Shown here piece by piece: positions 33,380-44,700 of a stretch of DNA of 64,000 bases (the first letter of the stretch is position 1; every line of letters begins with the position of its first letter). The translations under genes were made by a program, and so were the position numbers. Where the stretch lies: the NCBI GenBank assembly GCA_046313635.1, contig JBKBYA010000005.1, forward strand, positions 125,483 to 189,482, given 5' to 3'. The DNA comes from Pyrinomonadaceae bacterium (GTDB lineage: Bacteria; Acidobacteriota; Blastocatellia; Pyrinomonadales; Pyrinomonadaceae). Under the pieces are notes generated by a model that made no database searches, was not told where the DNA came from, and saw only the letters and a list, made by a program, of their open reading frames with translations.

Positions 33380-34810
33380 TTATCCGTTCACAAAGCTCAG
33401 CAGGCCGGTCAGCAGAGTTCCCCACAGATCGCCCGAGCCGTACAGGCCGTCGTCGGCGTAGCCGTTACCGGCCGTCGCGACCGCGTCCTGGTAGCCGCGT
33501 GCATAGGCGTCGTAAACAGAGCTTCGCTGGTCAAAGTCCAACCCGTTGACGCGATAGCCAACGCCCAGCCGGTCTAGAAGATACGGCTCCGAGCCGACGG
33601 CATCGTAACGCGGCGCCGCCGAAAGGCCGGCATTCTGATAGCCTCGCTCATACCCTTCGCGATACGCCTGTTGGACCAGATAGTCGTCGTTATAGCCGTA
33701 AGCGGCGGGCCGCCCAAAGAGCGCGTTCGACCCGTAATACGGGCCGGAGCCGAAAAGGCCGTCGCCGCCGTAACCGCCGCCTACGATCGAACCGATACCC
33801 GAGCCGAGTATGTTCCCAAAGATCCCTCCGTCGTCGTCACCGCCGCCGCCGAGTACGACGTTGAGCACCGTGCCGAGCAGCATTCCCTTCCAGTCGATGC
33901 CGCCGAGGAACGGGTCGCCGAATGCTCCCGCGTCGCTGCCGTAGTAGTACGGTTCGTCGTAATACGCTGCCGGCTGGACGATCGCCGGGAAATAGCCGTA
34001 GTTCTGCGCCGGGTAATACCCTCCGATCGGGGCCGACGAATAATAGACCTCCGGCGCCGTCGAATAGTACGCCTGGGCCCGCGGCTCGACGTAGATCACG
34101 CCTTGGCGATCGTAAGTATTCGGAACGTACCAGTCGTTGTAGATCTGGCTCGGGGCCGACCAGCTTCGTCGCTCGTAGCTATCGTCATCTTCGTAGTCGC
34201 GCCGGTAGTAGCGATCGTAGTCGTCGTTATCGCGCCGCCGCTCATAACCGCGCTTGAATCCGCCCTTCTTCAACTGGCCAGGAGCCGTCCATACGCCGGC
34301 CCAGGGCGGCGGGCCCTGTTGACGCCTCGGCTCGGAATAGACGACCTGCGGAAGGCGACGCCATTCGCGGCGATCGTCCTTCCACTCGCGCCCTGCGTCC
34401 TTCCATTCGCGCCTCGCTTCTTTTTCCGCACGGCGGGCCTGCTTCCGCTCCTCCTTCCATTCCTTGTTCAGATCGCGGTATTCCGTCTGCCGTACGACCA
34501 CTGGCGGCTGATAGACCGGCACCTGCCGGTACACGCGTCGTTCCTCGCGGCGCTGCTGCTGCTGTGCCCAGCCCGGATACTGCTGTGCCTGCTGCTGCGG
34601 GGCCGACTCCTGCTTTCGCCAGCCGCGTCCCGGAGGCGGTCCGCCCTGCTGCTGAAAGACCGGGCCGCCGCCGTCACCGCGCCCGTGGCCCTTGCCGCCG
34701 TGGCCGCCCTTTCCGCCTTTCTGGGCGAGGGCATCAAAACCCGCACCGAGCGACAGCACCAATGCCGTCGCGACGACCGTCGATCTCAATATCGAAAAAC
34801 TAATTCTCAT
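33380..34810 (-). CDS. Exported low-complexity Gly/Tyr/Gln/Arg-rich hypothetical protein
   Basis: Signal peptide ending ALA-Q; purine-rich SD; only plausible gene in the interval. Confidence 0.75.
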   Translation of the reverse strand: MRISFSILRSTVVATALVLSLGAGFDALAQKGGKGGHGGKGHGRGDGGGPVFQQQGGPPPGRGWRKQESAPQQQAQQYPGWAQQQQRREERRVYRQVPVYQPPVVVRQTEYRDLNKEWKEERKQARRAEKEARREWKDAGREWKDDRREWRRLPQVVYSEPRRQQGPPPWAGVWTAPGQLKKGGFKRGYERRRDNDDYDRYYRRDYEDDDSYERRSWSAPSQIYNDWYVPNTYDRQGVIYVEPRAQAYYSTAPEVYYSSAPIGGYYPAQNYGYFPAIVQPAAYYDEPYYYGSDAGAFGDPFLGGIDWKGMLLGTVLNVVLGGGGDDDGGIFGNILGSGIGSIVGGGYGGDGLFGSGPYYGSNALFGRPAAYGYNDDYLVQQAYREGYERGYQNAGLSAAPRYDAVGSEPYLLDRLGVGYRVNGLDFDQRSSVYDAYARGYQDAVATAGNGYADDGLYGSGDLWGTLLTGLLSFVNG

Positions 34811-34863
34811 GATCTCTCCCCCTCAAACGGACCCAAATGCCGCAAAGTCTTTAACGTGATTTC

Positions 34864-34878
34864 GCAAGCACCGTGCCA
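34864..34878 (-). promoter_or_regulatory. Sigma54 (-24/-12) promoter
   Basis: Minus strand TGGCAC-GGTGC-TTGC with exact consensus spacing, 54 nt upstream of the ATG at 34810. Confidence 0.75.
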
Positions 34879-35026
34879 CCGGAGTGGCGCTCGTAAGTGT
34901 TGCAGCAAACGGCCGCGCATCACGGTATCGTGCGGTTTCCTACCAAATCGTCGGTCGCGCAAAGCGGCGGTGCAAAATAAAAAGGCCGCGATCAACGCGG
35001 CCTTTGAACGGATATCGGTCGACAGC

Positions 35027-35710
35027 TTATCCGCGGACGAAATCGTAAAAGATACGGATCACGAGCGCCCCGCTCTCGATCTCGGGCTTGACCTCTACCG
35101 CTTTCATCCTGACCCCCGGCGAATTCTCGATAGGGACGAGGAACGAGAGCTTTTCGAGACGTACGACCTCTATCGGGTTGACCTTTCGGTCGATCGAATT
35201 CTGCACCATCCGCGCGACGAGCGAGCCGCCCAGGCCGGCCGTACCGTCGAGCGCGACATTCAGCACACGCGCCCTCGCCACGAGCCGCTGGCCCGCCTGA
35301 TCGAACTCGAGCTCGAGATCGGTCTCCGCATAACCCGAAAACGCGACGCAGCCGACCAGCGGCGGGCTGTAGTTGCCCTCGAATGCGAGCGGAGCATATA
35401 TCCGGCCGTCGCGAAACCGTGCCGCAGTGCGGACGCCGCTGCCCTCGCGGCGAAGCCGGATCGTCTCTTTGCAGGCCGGGGGCGCGATGCTCGGCTCGAA
35501 GTTCGGGCCCGACGCAGCCGGTTCGGACGCGGCCGGCACCTCCGACCCGGCGATCGAGAATTCGGGCGGGGCCGAGTCTCGGAATATCGCGTCGAGCAGC
35601 GCGTCAAAGAAGCTTTCGTTCAGAGTGACCGTGACCTGCGGACGCTGCGCCAGGGCGGGCGCCGCAAGCCCGATCAAGAGCGTGGCCAATATTGCAGTTC
35701 TCTTTAACAT
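35027..35710 (-). CDS. Exported hypothetical protein
   Basis: Signal peptide MLKRTAILATLLIGLAAPALA; beta-rich body with two Cys; terminator-like hairpin at 34979-35005. Confidence 0.72.
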   Translation of the reverse strand: MLKRTAILATLLIGLAAPALAQRPQVTVTLNESFFDALLDAIFRDSAPPEFSIAGSEVPAASEPAASGPNFEPSIAPPACKETIRLRREGSGVRTAARFRDGRIYAPLAFEGNYSPPLVGCVAFSGYAETDLELEFDQAGQRLVARARVLNVALDGTAGLGGSLVARMVQNSIDRKVNPIEVVRLEKLSFLVPIENSPGVRMKAVEVKPEIESGALVIRIFYDFVRG

Positions 35711-35796
35711 CGAAGCGACACCTCGGATCGCGAATATCGCGGTGCGAACGCTGGTTCGGATGCGGAGCGGCGGGCTCGTGTTGTGCGCGGTCGGCG

Positions 35797-36795
35797 TCAA
35801 AGGCCGCTGCGAACAATATCGTGCAGCCGCAGCAGGCCCACCGCGCGCGACTCGCCGTCGACCACGGGCAGCACCGCGATCTGCGACGGACGGTCCTCCA
35901 TCAGCCGCAGAGCGTCGTACGCCAGCATTTCTGGCGTGGCGGTCACGGGTCGTTCGGTCATCATGGCGGCCGCGGTCAGCCGCGAGAGTTCATCGGGCAA
36001 AGTTCGTTCGATCGTCCGGCGCAGGTCCCCGTCCGTGATGATCCCGAGGAGACGGCCGTCGCCGTCGACGATGTTGACGGCCCCGAGAGCGTTCTGTGAG
36101 ATCGAGCGGACGACCTCGAGCCATCCCGCATCGGGCCCGATATCGGGACTGTTATGCATCAGGTCGGCGACCGTCAGCGTAAGACGCTTGCCGAGCCGCC
36201 CTGCGGGATGATTCGCGGCAAAGTCCTCGGCGGTGAGGCCCTTTGCCTCCATCACGGTCATCGCGAGCGCATCGCCGATCGCAAGGGCGACGGTCGTCGA
36301 GGTCGTCGGGGCCAGATTGAGCGGGCAGGCCTCTTTATCGACCGATGCGTCGAGCACGACATCCGCACGGCGTGCGAGGGTCGACTCGACATTGCCGACT
36401 ATCGCGATCATCGAGAGGCCTCGCCTCGCGATCGCCGGCAGTATCGCAACGATCTCGTCGGTCTCGCCCGAGTTGCTGAGCGCGATCACCACGTCGCCCG
36501 CCGACATCACGCCGAGGCTGCCGTGCAGCGCGTCGGACGGATGCACGAATACCGCGACCGTGCCGGTGCTCGTCATCGTCTGCGCGATCTTTTGCGCGAT
36601 GACCCCCGACTTGCCGACGCCGGTCACGATCACCTTGTTTCGACAGCATGCGATCAGCTCCACTGCGCGGTCGATCTGCCGCGGGTCGAGACGACCGGCG
36701 GCACGCTCGATGGCCTCGGCCTCGATCCTCAGAAATTCTGCGACCTTTGTTGAGTTGCTTGTCAGAGTCTGCGTCACTTCGCTAATGCCGGACAT
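35797..36795 (-). CDS. kdsD: KpsF/GutQ family arabinose-5-phosphate isomerase (SIS + CBS domains)
   Basis: TGVGKSG, STGT, ALHG, SNSGET, EACPLNLAPTTST, HPAG.LG, CBS pair. Confidence 0.93.
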   Translation of the reverse strand: MSGISEVTQTLTSNSTKVAEFLRIEAEAIERAAGRLDPRQIDRAVELIACCRNKVIVTGVGKSGVIAQKIAQTMTSTGTVAVFVHPSDALHGSLGVMSAGDVVIALSNSGETDEIVAILPAIARRGLSMIAIVGNVESTLARRADVVLDASVDKEACPLNLAPTTSTTVALAIGDALAMTVMEAKGLTAEDFAANHPAGRLGKRLTLTVADLMHNSPDIGPDAGWLEVVRSISQNALGAVNIVDGDGRLLGIITDGDLRRTIERTLPDELSRLTAAAMMTERPVTATPEMLAYDALRLMEDRPSQIAVLPVVDGESRAVGLLRLHDIVRSGL

Positions 36796-36799
36796 CGGA

Positions 36800-37648
36800 T
36801 CAGTTCTCAGCGGCGGGAACAGGCTTAAAGAGATCGAGCACGATCTCCCAGCGTCCGTTACGAAACTTCCAAACCTGCAAAAAATTTCCCGATTCGCCGG
36901 CCGCCTTCCCGTTCGGGGCGAACGAGTACCGGTTGGTGACATAGGCGAGATCGTCGGCCTCGAAAAAGACCATCCGCTTTGCGACGGCGAAGCTTCTTTT
37001 CTCCCTGCCGGCAAGGTCGAGCAACTGCTTTTTGCCCGTGAAAGGAAACGCTCCCTCCCGGAAGACGCGCACGTCCTTTGCGGCAAATTCGCTGTACGCC
37101 TTTTTAACGCCCTGGCTCGCGGCCACGACAAAGAATCTGTTTGCCCGGTCCGCCGCGCCGATCCTCTGCGATGCGGCCGCGGTCTCGCCGGGAGCGGTTT
37201 CAATGTCGGTGCTGTAGCGCTCGGGCCGTGCATGATCGACGCCGATATCGAGCACCCAACGAAACTCGCCCGACGGCTGCCGCAGCCAGATCGTCACAAA
37301 GTGCCCGAACGCGACCGGCTCGTCACCCTTCCCCTTGGGGCGAAATTCCCAATTACCGGTCGTATAGCCGAGGATGCCGTTTGACGAAATGTCGGCAAAA
37401 TTCGGCGCCCAGGCAAGCAGGCTCGCCGACTCGGGGCGTGCCGACCAATACGCTCTCGCCGGCGAACGCTCGGGAAAGAAACCGACCGCGTCCGGCGACA
37501 TGAATTTTAGAAAGGCCGTTCTGGTACCGCTCTCGGCCGCCGCCTGCGCGAATGCGCGTTCGGCCGCGACCATCTGCTCGACGGGCCGCTGCGCCGCCGC
37601 CGCCGCCGCGACGATCAGAATTAAGAATAGGGCTGGGACTGCTCTCAT
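36800..37648 (-). CDS. Exported protein with tandem NTF2-like (DUF4440-type) domains
   Basis: Signal peptide; AERAFA, W.P.FADISS.G.LGYTTG, GHFVTIW, GNFLQVWK. Confidence 0.78.
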   Translation of the reverse strand: MRAVPALFLILIVAAAAAAQRPVEQMVAAERAFAQAAAESGTRTAFLKFMSPDAVGFFPERSPARAYWSARPESASLLAWAPNFADISSNGILGYTTGNWEFRPKGKGDEPVAFGHFVTIWLRQPSGEFRWVLDIGVDHARPERYSTDIETAPGETAAASQRIGAADRANRFFVVAASQGVKKAYSEFAAKDVRVFREGAFPFTGKKQLLDLAGREKRSFAVAKRMVFFEADDLAYVTNRYSFAPNGKAAGESGNFLQVWKFRNGRWEIVLDLFKPVPAAEN

Positions 37649-37719
37649 GATCAAGACGACCGCAGGTCGAGTCTCATCTTGGCGCGTTCGTTCTCGTTTA
37701 TCAAACCTTAAAATGCGGC

Positions 37720-38616
37720 TCAATCACCCGACCGTTTGGTCCTGCTTCGCGGCTTGAGCACAGGCTCGGTCGAGTCGACGACCGGGGCGAAGACCCCCAG
37801 CACGATCCACCATTTCTTGTCGCGCAGCTTCCAGATATGCAGGCAGTTGCCGCTCTCGACGCCCTCGTCGCTGTTGGCGTACCGGCACGGGTTCCAGACA
37901 TAGGCCATGTCGGTCGCCTGAAACATCGTCGCCTTTTTCGGGAACTCGATCGACTGGTAGCCCTTCATCACCTCAACGACCCTTTTCTTTCCGATAAAGG
38001 GCGGCTGTCCTTCGATCAGCAGCCGCACTTCATCGGCAGCGAACCGCTCATAGGCTCCGGCGAGTCCGCTGCCCGTCATGCTCGCACGGAGGAAGTTCAT
38101 CGAGGCGTCCGCCGGCGACCAGCCGCGTTTGTTGGGATCGCGTTTGCCGACGGCGGGCACGGCCTTGTCCGTGACCAGGAAGGGCAGTTTGTCGTGCATG
38201 ATCGTGATGTCGAGCGTCGCGTAAAATCTGCCGTCGCCGCGCTTTTCCCAGATCGTTACGTACTGGCCGAACTTTGCTCCCGACTCGCTCTTGCCCTTTG
38301 GAAAAAGCCGCCAGTTTCCGGTCGTATAGCCGAGCATGCCGTTCGATGAGATATCGGCAAATGTCGTGTTGCGGCTCAGTATCTCGTCCGACTCGTCAGG
38401 CTGCGACAACCAGAATTGCTTGCCGTTCTGCGCCGACGAGCGAAAGATGACGGCGTCGTCGGACAAAAACTCCAGAAAGGCACGCTTCATCCCCTTTGCC
38501 TCGGAGGCGCGCGCAAAGCTGTCCGACGCCGAGAGCAGCGGCTGCAATTCCGGCTGCGGATATGCGGTACAAACGGCCGCCAGAATGATGACCGCACAAA
38601 TTATTCCCCTGTTCAT
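37720..38616 (-). CDS. Exported protein with tandem NTF2-like (DUF4440-type) domains, paralog
   Basis: FADISSNGMLGYTTGNW nearly identical to the neighbouring gene; GQYVTIW, GNCLHIWK. Confidence 0.78.
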   Translation of the reverse strand: MNRGIICAVIILAAVCTAYPQPELQPLLSASDSFARASEAKGMKRAFLEFLSDDAVIFRSSAQNGKQFWLSQPDESDEILSRNTTFADISSNGMLGYTTGNWRLFPKGKSESGAKFGQYVTIWEKRGDGRFYATLDITIMHDKLPFLVTDKAVPAVGKRDPNKRGWSPADASMNFLRASMTGSGLAGAYERFAADEVRLLIEGQPPFIGKKRVVEVMKGYQSIEFPKKATMFQATDMAYVWNPCRYANSDEGVESGNCLHIWKLRDKKWWIVLGVFAPVVDSTEPVLKPRSRTKRSGD

Positions 38617-38712
38617 TTGAAAAAATCTTATCAAATCGGCAACGACAAAGGGCAAGACCTTTTTGCGGCACGCTCAAAGGTCTTGCCCGCTGACGAAGGC
38701 GCTTCAGGCCGG

Positions 38713-41700
38713 CTATTCGACGCTGACCGAGTCCGTTCCCGTTCGGCCGAACGTCTCCGGATGGTACATCTCCTCGGCCTTTGCCGGCGGCACCACGAAT
38801 CGCCCCGGCGTGGTCGCGCGAGCGACGTACGAGTAGTTGTAAACGCCCTCCCACAGCAGCGAGGCAAAGGCCTCGGCCCGCTCGTCACGGAAGTTCTGAT
38901 GCTCCATCCAATACCGCGTCCGCCACCAGCCGCGGCCCATCGAGCGGCTGCCGTAGGTCGTCACAAGAGTGATCGGCTTGTCGTCCCCGGGTATCGCCTC
39001 GGTCACGGCAAGCTCGGGATTGAGTATCTCGAGACCGGCCGGCAGGTTGTCGACCAGAGCGACGTGATAACGCCTCGCCGGGGCGACCATCGTCAGCCGC
39101 ACCCGAACGCGGGCGCCGGAGCGGATCGTCCAGCTGCCGTCGGCGTTCTGCTTGACGTCGTCGGCGTTGTCGACGGCCTCGTACGACCGCAGCACCGTGA
39201 AGCCGTGATCCGCCGGCTCGAGCTTCAGGTTGCGCGGCGCGTATTTCATACCGATGCGATAGTAGAGCCGCCCGGCACCCTGACGATCGATAAGCAGGTT
39301 CGACGTGCCGCCCTGTTCGACCAGATACGACATTGGAATGTCGATCACCTTGGAGTCGATCGAGCGCCCGTTGAATTGCTGCTCGCCCGCGTATGCGCTG
39401 CCGAGCCAGATGCGCGTGACGAATTCGGGCGTCACCTTTTCAAACGCCCCGAAGTATCGATCGAGCGCGAGCAGGATAAAGACGTTCTCCTGCGTATTCG
39501 ACCACGCGCCTTTGACGCGGTGATCGAGCAGGCCGCGGACGAGCTTGGGGATCAGATCGTTCTTCGGGTCGGCCTTGATCAGCGACTCGAGCAGCACGCC
39601 GTCGGCACGCCGGTTGGAATACATGATGAGCCACGCAGCGTCGCCGTAATCGGTGACGAAGTTAGCCGTCGTCGCGGTCTCGGTCGTGCGGTTCATCAGG
39701 AATCGGACGATCGAGTCAACTTCAGGCTTCGATCCGGCGTCTTTTGCCAGCACTGACAGGATCCATCCGAGAGCTTCAAACGGCATTTTCCCGAAATTCG
39801 CCGAAGAAACACCCTCGCTACCGCTCGGGTTTCCGCCTGTCGCTTCCGCGAGCAGTTTTTTCACCTTGCTAACGTCCTTGTCGCCGGCGAGGTCGCGAAC
39901 GTAGAGCGCGTACGCCGAGATCGTCCAGCGGACCTGCGGCGAGTTTTTGTACCACTCGTCGTTCTGCAGGTGCTTTTCGACATCGCGCAGGAACGAGCGC
40001 GAACGCTTGAGCATCTCGTCCGGCACCGCGTAGCCCTTGGCCTTTGCGAGCACGAGTGCGTGCGCGGCGTGGACCGAAACGAATGGGTACTCGTACCGCT
40101 CGCGGTCGCGCCGCCACAGCCCGAAGCTGCCGTCCTCGCGCTGCCGCGACTGCAGGATGCGGATGTCTTTTTCAAAGCTCGCCTTGATCGCAGCCTCGCT
40201 AGGCATGTCCTTGGCCTTGAATGCCGCGAGCACATCGCGAAGCGCCGCGATCGAGATCATCCGCGACGACACCTGCTCGGTGCATTCGAAGGGATATCGA
40301 TAGAGCGAGATGAACGCGTCGGTCAGCTCCTGCAGCTGCGTCGAGCTGGTCGTCACCTCGAGCCCGCCGAATTGCGGGAAGACGTCGCCCGGCGTCTGCA
40401 CGGGCTGGATGATCGCGCCGTTTTGATCGGTCGTGCCGTAGGTCGCAAAGGCCTCGGTCGTCGCGGGCGTCCAGACCGGCAGAGAGATCTCGGCCGCGTC
40501 GGCGAATTTGCCCGAGGTCGCGGCGATCTGGAATCTCGCCGTCCCGGCGTTCATCGCGGCGGCCGGGAAACGAACTTCGGCGCGGTCGTTGGCTTTTACG
40601 AGAACCCTCTTTCCTGTGGCGGTCACACCCTCGCTGCCGCTCGGGTTTCCGCCTGCGAGCTCGGCATTCATCGCTCGAACCGCGACATCGACGGTCATGT
40701 CGTTGTCCGTCTGGTTCTGGATCACGACGGGCAGTTCGATGCGGTCGCCGAAGTTCATGAATCGCGGAGCGCTCGGCCGCACCATCAGCGGCTGCCGTGC
40801 GGTGATGTTCGACTCGGTCTTGCCGAATCGCCTGCCGCTGTCGACCGCGACCGCAGTGATGCGATACCGCGTCAGGCTGTCGGGCAGCTTGACGTCGACC
40901 GTCACGCGGCCGTTCGCATCGGTGCGAGCCGACGGAACAAAGACCGCAAGCGCGTCGAATCTCAGCCGCTGCTTGATCGGCGTGTCGGGCCCGCCCGATA
41001 CTTCCTGGCCATCGACCACAAACGCGTTCTCCGCCGCGGATGCACCGTCAGCTCTCAACTCCGAGACCGCGCGTCCCTTCATCGGAAGCTCAGACACCTG
41101 CCGCGCGTTGATCGCTCCACCCGCAGGACTCGGCGGTGGAGGCGGCGGTGGCGGAGCCTGGGCCTTCGCATCTTCCGGATTACCCAGCAAAAGGTCGGCA
41201 CGCGAATGATGATCGGTCACTCCGGCCGAACGCGCCGAGTAAAAGATGCCCATCGGGTCGGCGACGCTGTAGCGCGACAGCGCGAGTACGCTCTCGTCGA
41301 CGATCACGACCGCGACCTCGCTGTCCGTGACCGGTTCGCCGCGGTTATCCTTTACCTCGACATCGACCTTTGTCTCGCCGCCGGGAACGAGCGTCTTATC
41401 GCGCGGCTCGGCGGTAACCGAAAGCCTGCGCGAATCGATCGATACCGACAAATTGATGTTGCCGCTCGCGTATGCCGGACGGCTCGCGAGTTTGGGATCG
41501 ATCTCGCCCTTGTCGTTCTGCCTCGGCGCGGCGCCGACGAGATCGACCTGGGCAAAAATGTTCGGCAGATACTTTTCGTCGATCGGAATCCTGAGCGTGA
41601 TCGACGAATCCTTCATCGTGAACCGCTCTGTCCTGACGATCCCCTCGCGGCGAAGCGTCAGCACGCCCTCAGCCGGCGTGAACGACGCGATAACGAGCAG

Positions 41701-44700
41701 CTCGGCCATGTCGCCCGGAGCGTATTCCTTTTTGCTCGGGATGATCTGAACCGTTTCCTGCTCGACGTTTCTGCTCGGAGGCGTTTTGCCGCCGGGCACC
41801 CAGACGGTGAGCTCGCTCTGGTTCAGACGCTCGCGGTCGTCCATCACTGTCGCCCCGATCGTGTATCGCCCGCCCTGCTTCGCTACGAAAGAACAATTCT
41901 GCGGCGAGTCTGCCGACTTGATCGAGCACGTCTGCTCGTCGACGGTCACCTCTCGCCAGCTTCCTTTTTCAAACTGCCAGTCCTTGAGCGTCGCCGTTAT
42001 CTCGACGTCACGGCCGGCGACGAGCTTGCCGTCGATGTCGCTGACGATCGATTCGACGTTGATCGCCTCGCCCTTCTGCACGAATGTGCGCGGGGTCCTG
42101 ATGCCGACGTAGAGCGTCGACGGATGAACGAGCAGCGACGTGCGGCCGGCCCAGGTCTGGCGATTGACGTCCTGCACCGAGGCCGATGCCGAGACCGTGT
42201 AAGGCCGCGGCGGATTTGCCGAATCGAAATCGATCTTGAGCAGATGCCGACCGCTCGCGTCGGTCACGCCCTTGTACGTTTGCGTCACTCCGCCGCCGTA
42301 TCGACCGTCGAAGTCGCCAAGATAATAGTTTCCCCACCACGGGACCCATTTGCCGAAGGTAAAGTCTCCGCGATTCGGCGGCGTGTAATTCGTCGGCGTC
42401 GCGCTCACCGTCCAGTTCGTATCGGCGTTCGCGAGACCGCCGCCCGAGTAGTACTTTGCCTCGACCGAGAGCATCGCGCTGCCGCCGACGAGGTGCGGGC
42501 CGTCGGTCTCGACCTTTGCAGTGACCTCGAATTCCGGCCGCCGAAATTCCTGGATCTGAAACGTGTGCGAGAAGCTTGGCGTCGAGCTGCCGGGAGTCGT
42601 GAACTCGATCCGCGCGTAGCCGAGGTTTGTGTTGTCGGGAAGCGCGAATCTGAGATCGAACGCGCCGAACGCGTTCGTCGTGATCGTGCCTTTCGCGATC
42701 TCGTTGTTTCGCGGATCGCGTGCCGACCAGTCGTAGGTTTGCTGAGAGCCGAGCTCTGCGACGTCGCCGAATTTCCCGCCTGTGATCTTTCGGATGTAAC
42801 CCTTGACGGCGACCTCCTCTTTGGGCCGGTACATTCCGCGGTCGTCGAATACGAACCACCGCAGCGAATCGACCGCGGGCCGCCGGTACCAATCGCCGCT
42901 CTCGTCCCAGTAGTATTCGGAATTCTCCGGCAGAAACGCGACGTCGCCGCCGCGCCGCGCGATCAGCAGATTCTGCCCCTTGGCCGACGAGTCGGGCAGC
43001 GGCAACCGGAGAATGCCGTCGGCACCGGTCGTGTCTGTCTGCGCGGCCGGCACCTCGTAGATCTCAGCGTCGGTGCCGTCGCCGTCGACCGCTTCTGTTT
43101 CGGTCGCCGCGCCGCTTGAACCCCAGATGCTGCCCGCTGCCCAGTTCCAAACACCCGACAGAGACCACGATGCGGAACCCGGCGTCGAAGCCGGTCTCGG
43201 CGGTGCGCCATTCGGAAAGATCGAGAGCTTCACACCGCTCAGCGGGCGTCCGGTCTTGAGCTCCGTCGCGAATCCGACGAGCTGCTCGTTATCGACGAAC
43301 GCGTCGAGACCGATGTCGGTCGACTGCAGCCACGTAAAGACGCGCGAGCGGTCGTATCGGTCGATCTTCACCGTCGGCTGGACGTCGACGATGAGATGAC
43401 CGTAGCCGCCGGCGCCGAGATACGGGGTAAGGTCGATCCGCGTTTCGGTAAGCTCGTCGGCGATCTGCTTGATCGTGACGACCTTGTTATCGATCAGACG
43501 GCCCGGGATCTGCGGGCGCTGCGTGTCGTCGTCGTAATTCATCCGGCGGACGTACTGATGGAACTGATGCCAATTCTCCGGTCCGACCTGATAGATCTGG
43601 ACGCGGACCGCCGCATGATTGATCGTGTAGATCGAGTAGCTGCGTCTCGCAGACGGGTCGAGCACGACCATTTGGCCGCCTTGCGAATAAAGCGCCTGAT
43701 CCGCCGGGCCGACGGCGATCGTTGCCGATGCGGCCTGGCCTAGCTGTTGGCCGAACGCGTCTTTGAGGCCGCCGTCGACGGTGACCTTGTATGTGCGGTT
43801 TCCTTTTTTGTAGCCGTGAAGATAGACGTAGTTTCCCGAGGGGTAAATGTCGAGCCCCTCGACGGGCGGCTCGACCTTGACGAGCGCTTTGTCGAACGAC
43901 GCCGCGTCGACCGGATTATTGAATTCGAGATACCACTGATCAAATGGCGTGCATTTCTTATTCGATCGATAACCGCAGTAGCCGCGAACAAACTTCATCG
44001 GCCCGTAGGTCTGGAATGCGAAACTTCGCGCCGCGACGGTGGTGAGCGGCCCTTCGGCCGAGGGCGTTCCCTTTTCGACGGTGACGGCGATCGTCGACGC
44101 GCTTGGCAGGGCGTTCGCCGTCGAGCCGTCGGCGCCCACCGCGCGCAGCGCGATCCAGCGTCCGGGCTGCGCGGCCTTGGACATGTTCGAGACCGGGGCA
44201 CTCGCGGCGATCTCGGCCTCGGTCGCGAGGCGCGTCTGCAGACGGCGTCCGGCCGAGCTGACCGAGATCGTCCGCAGCACCGCCTGCGGATCGATCGCCT
44301 GATCAAAACTCAAAAAGATGATCTCGTCACGCCGCACGATCTGATCATGCGGGTACATCTGTTCGACTTTTGGCGGCGGCGTGGTGAAGGTCCAAATAAA
44401 ATCTTTTTCGAGCACCTGCCCGTTCGCCGCGCGCGTGCCGGCCGGGACGCGGGCCGTGAATTTTGTCGCCATCGGAAAGCGCTTTGCCGCGTCGAACATA
44501 AGCGTCTTGGTCCCAAGCCATCGCCACCGGCCCTCGACCTGCGGCGTCAGCTCGACCGGAGCGTACTGCGACGCGTGCTCCTGAGAAGTGACCGCGACCA
44601 TCGGCTGAGAGAACGTCACGCTCAGGTCGGGCGCGAGCTCGACCTCGCCGGCCGGCGAATAGCGAATGACCTCAAGCGCGCGGCCGGGATCGACCTTTGG

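Noticed and set aside
33671..35707. 678-aa + strand ORF
   Set aside because: Antisense to two genes with signal peptides; no domain features.
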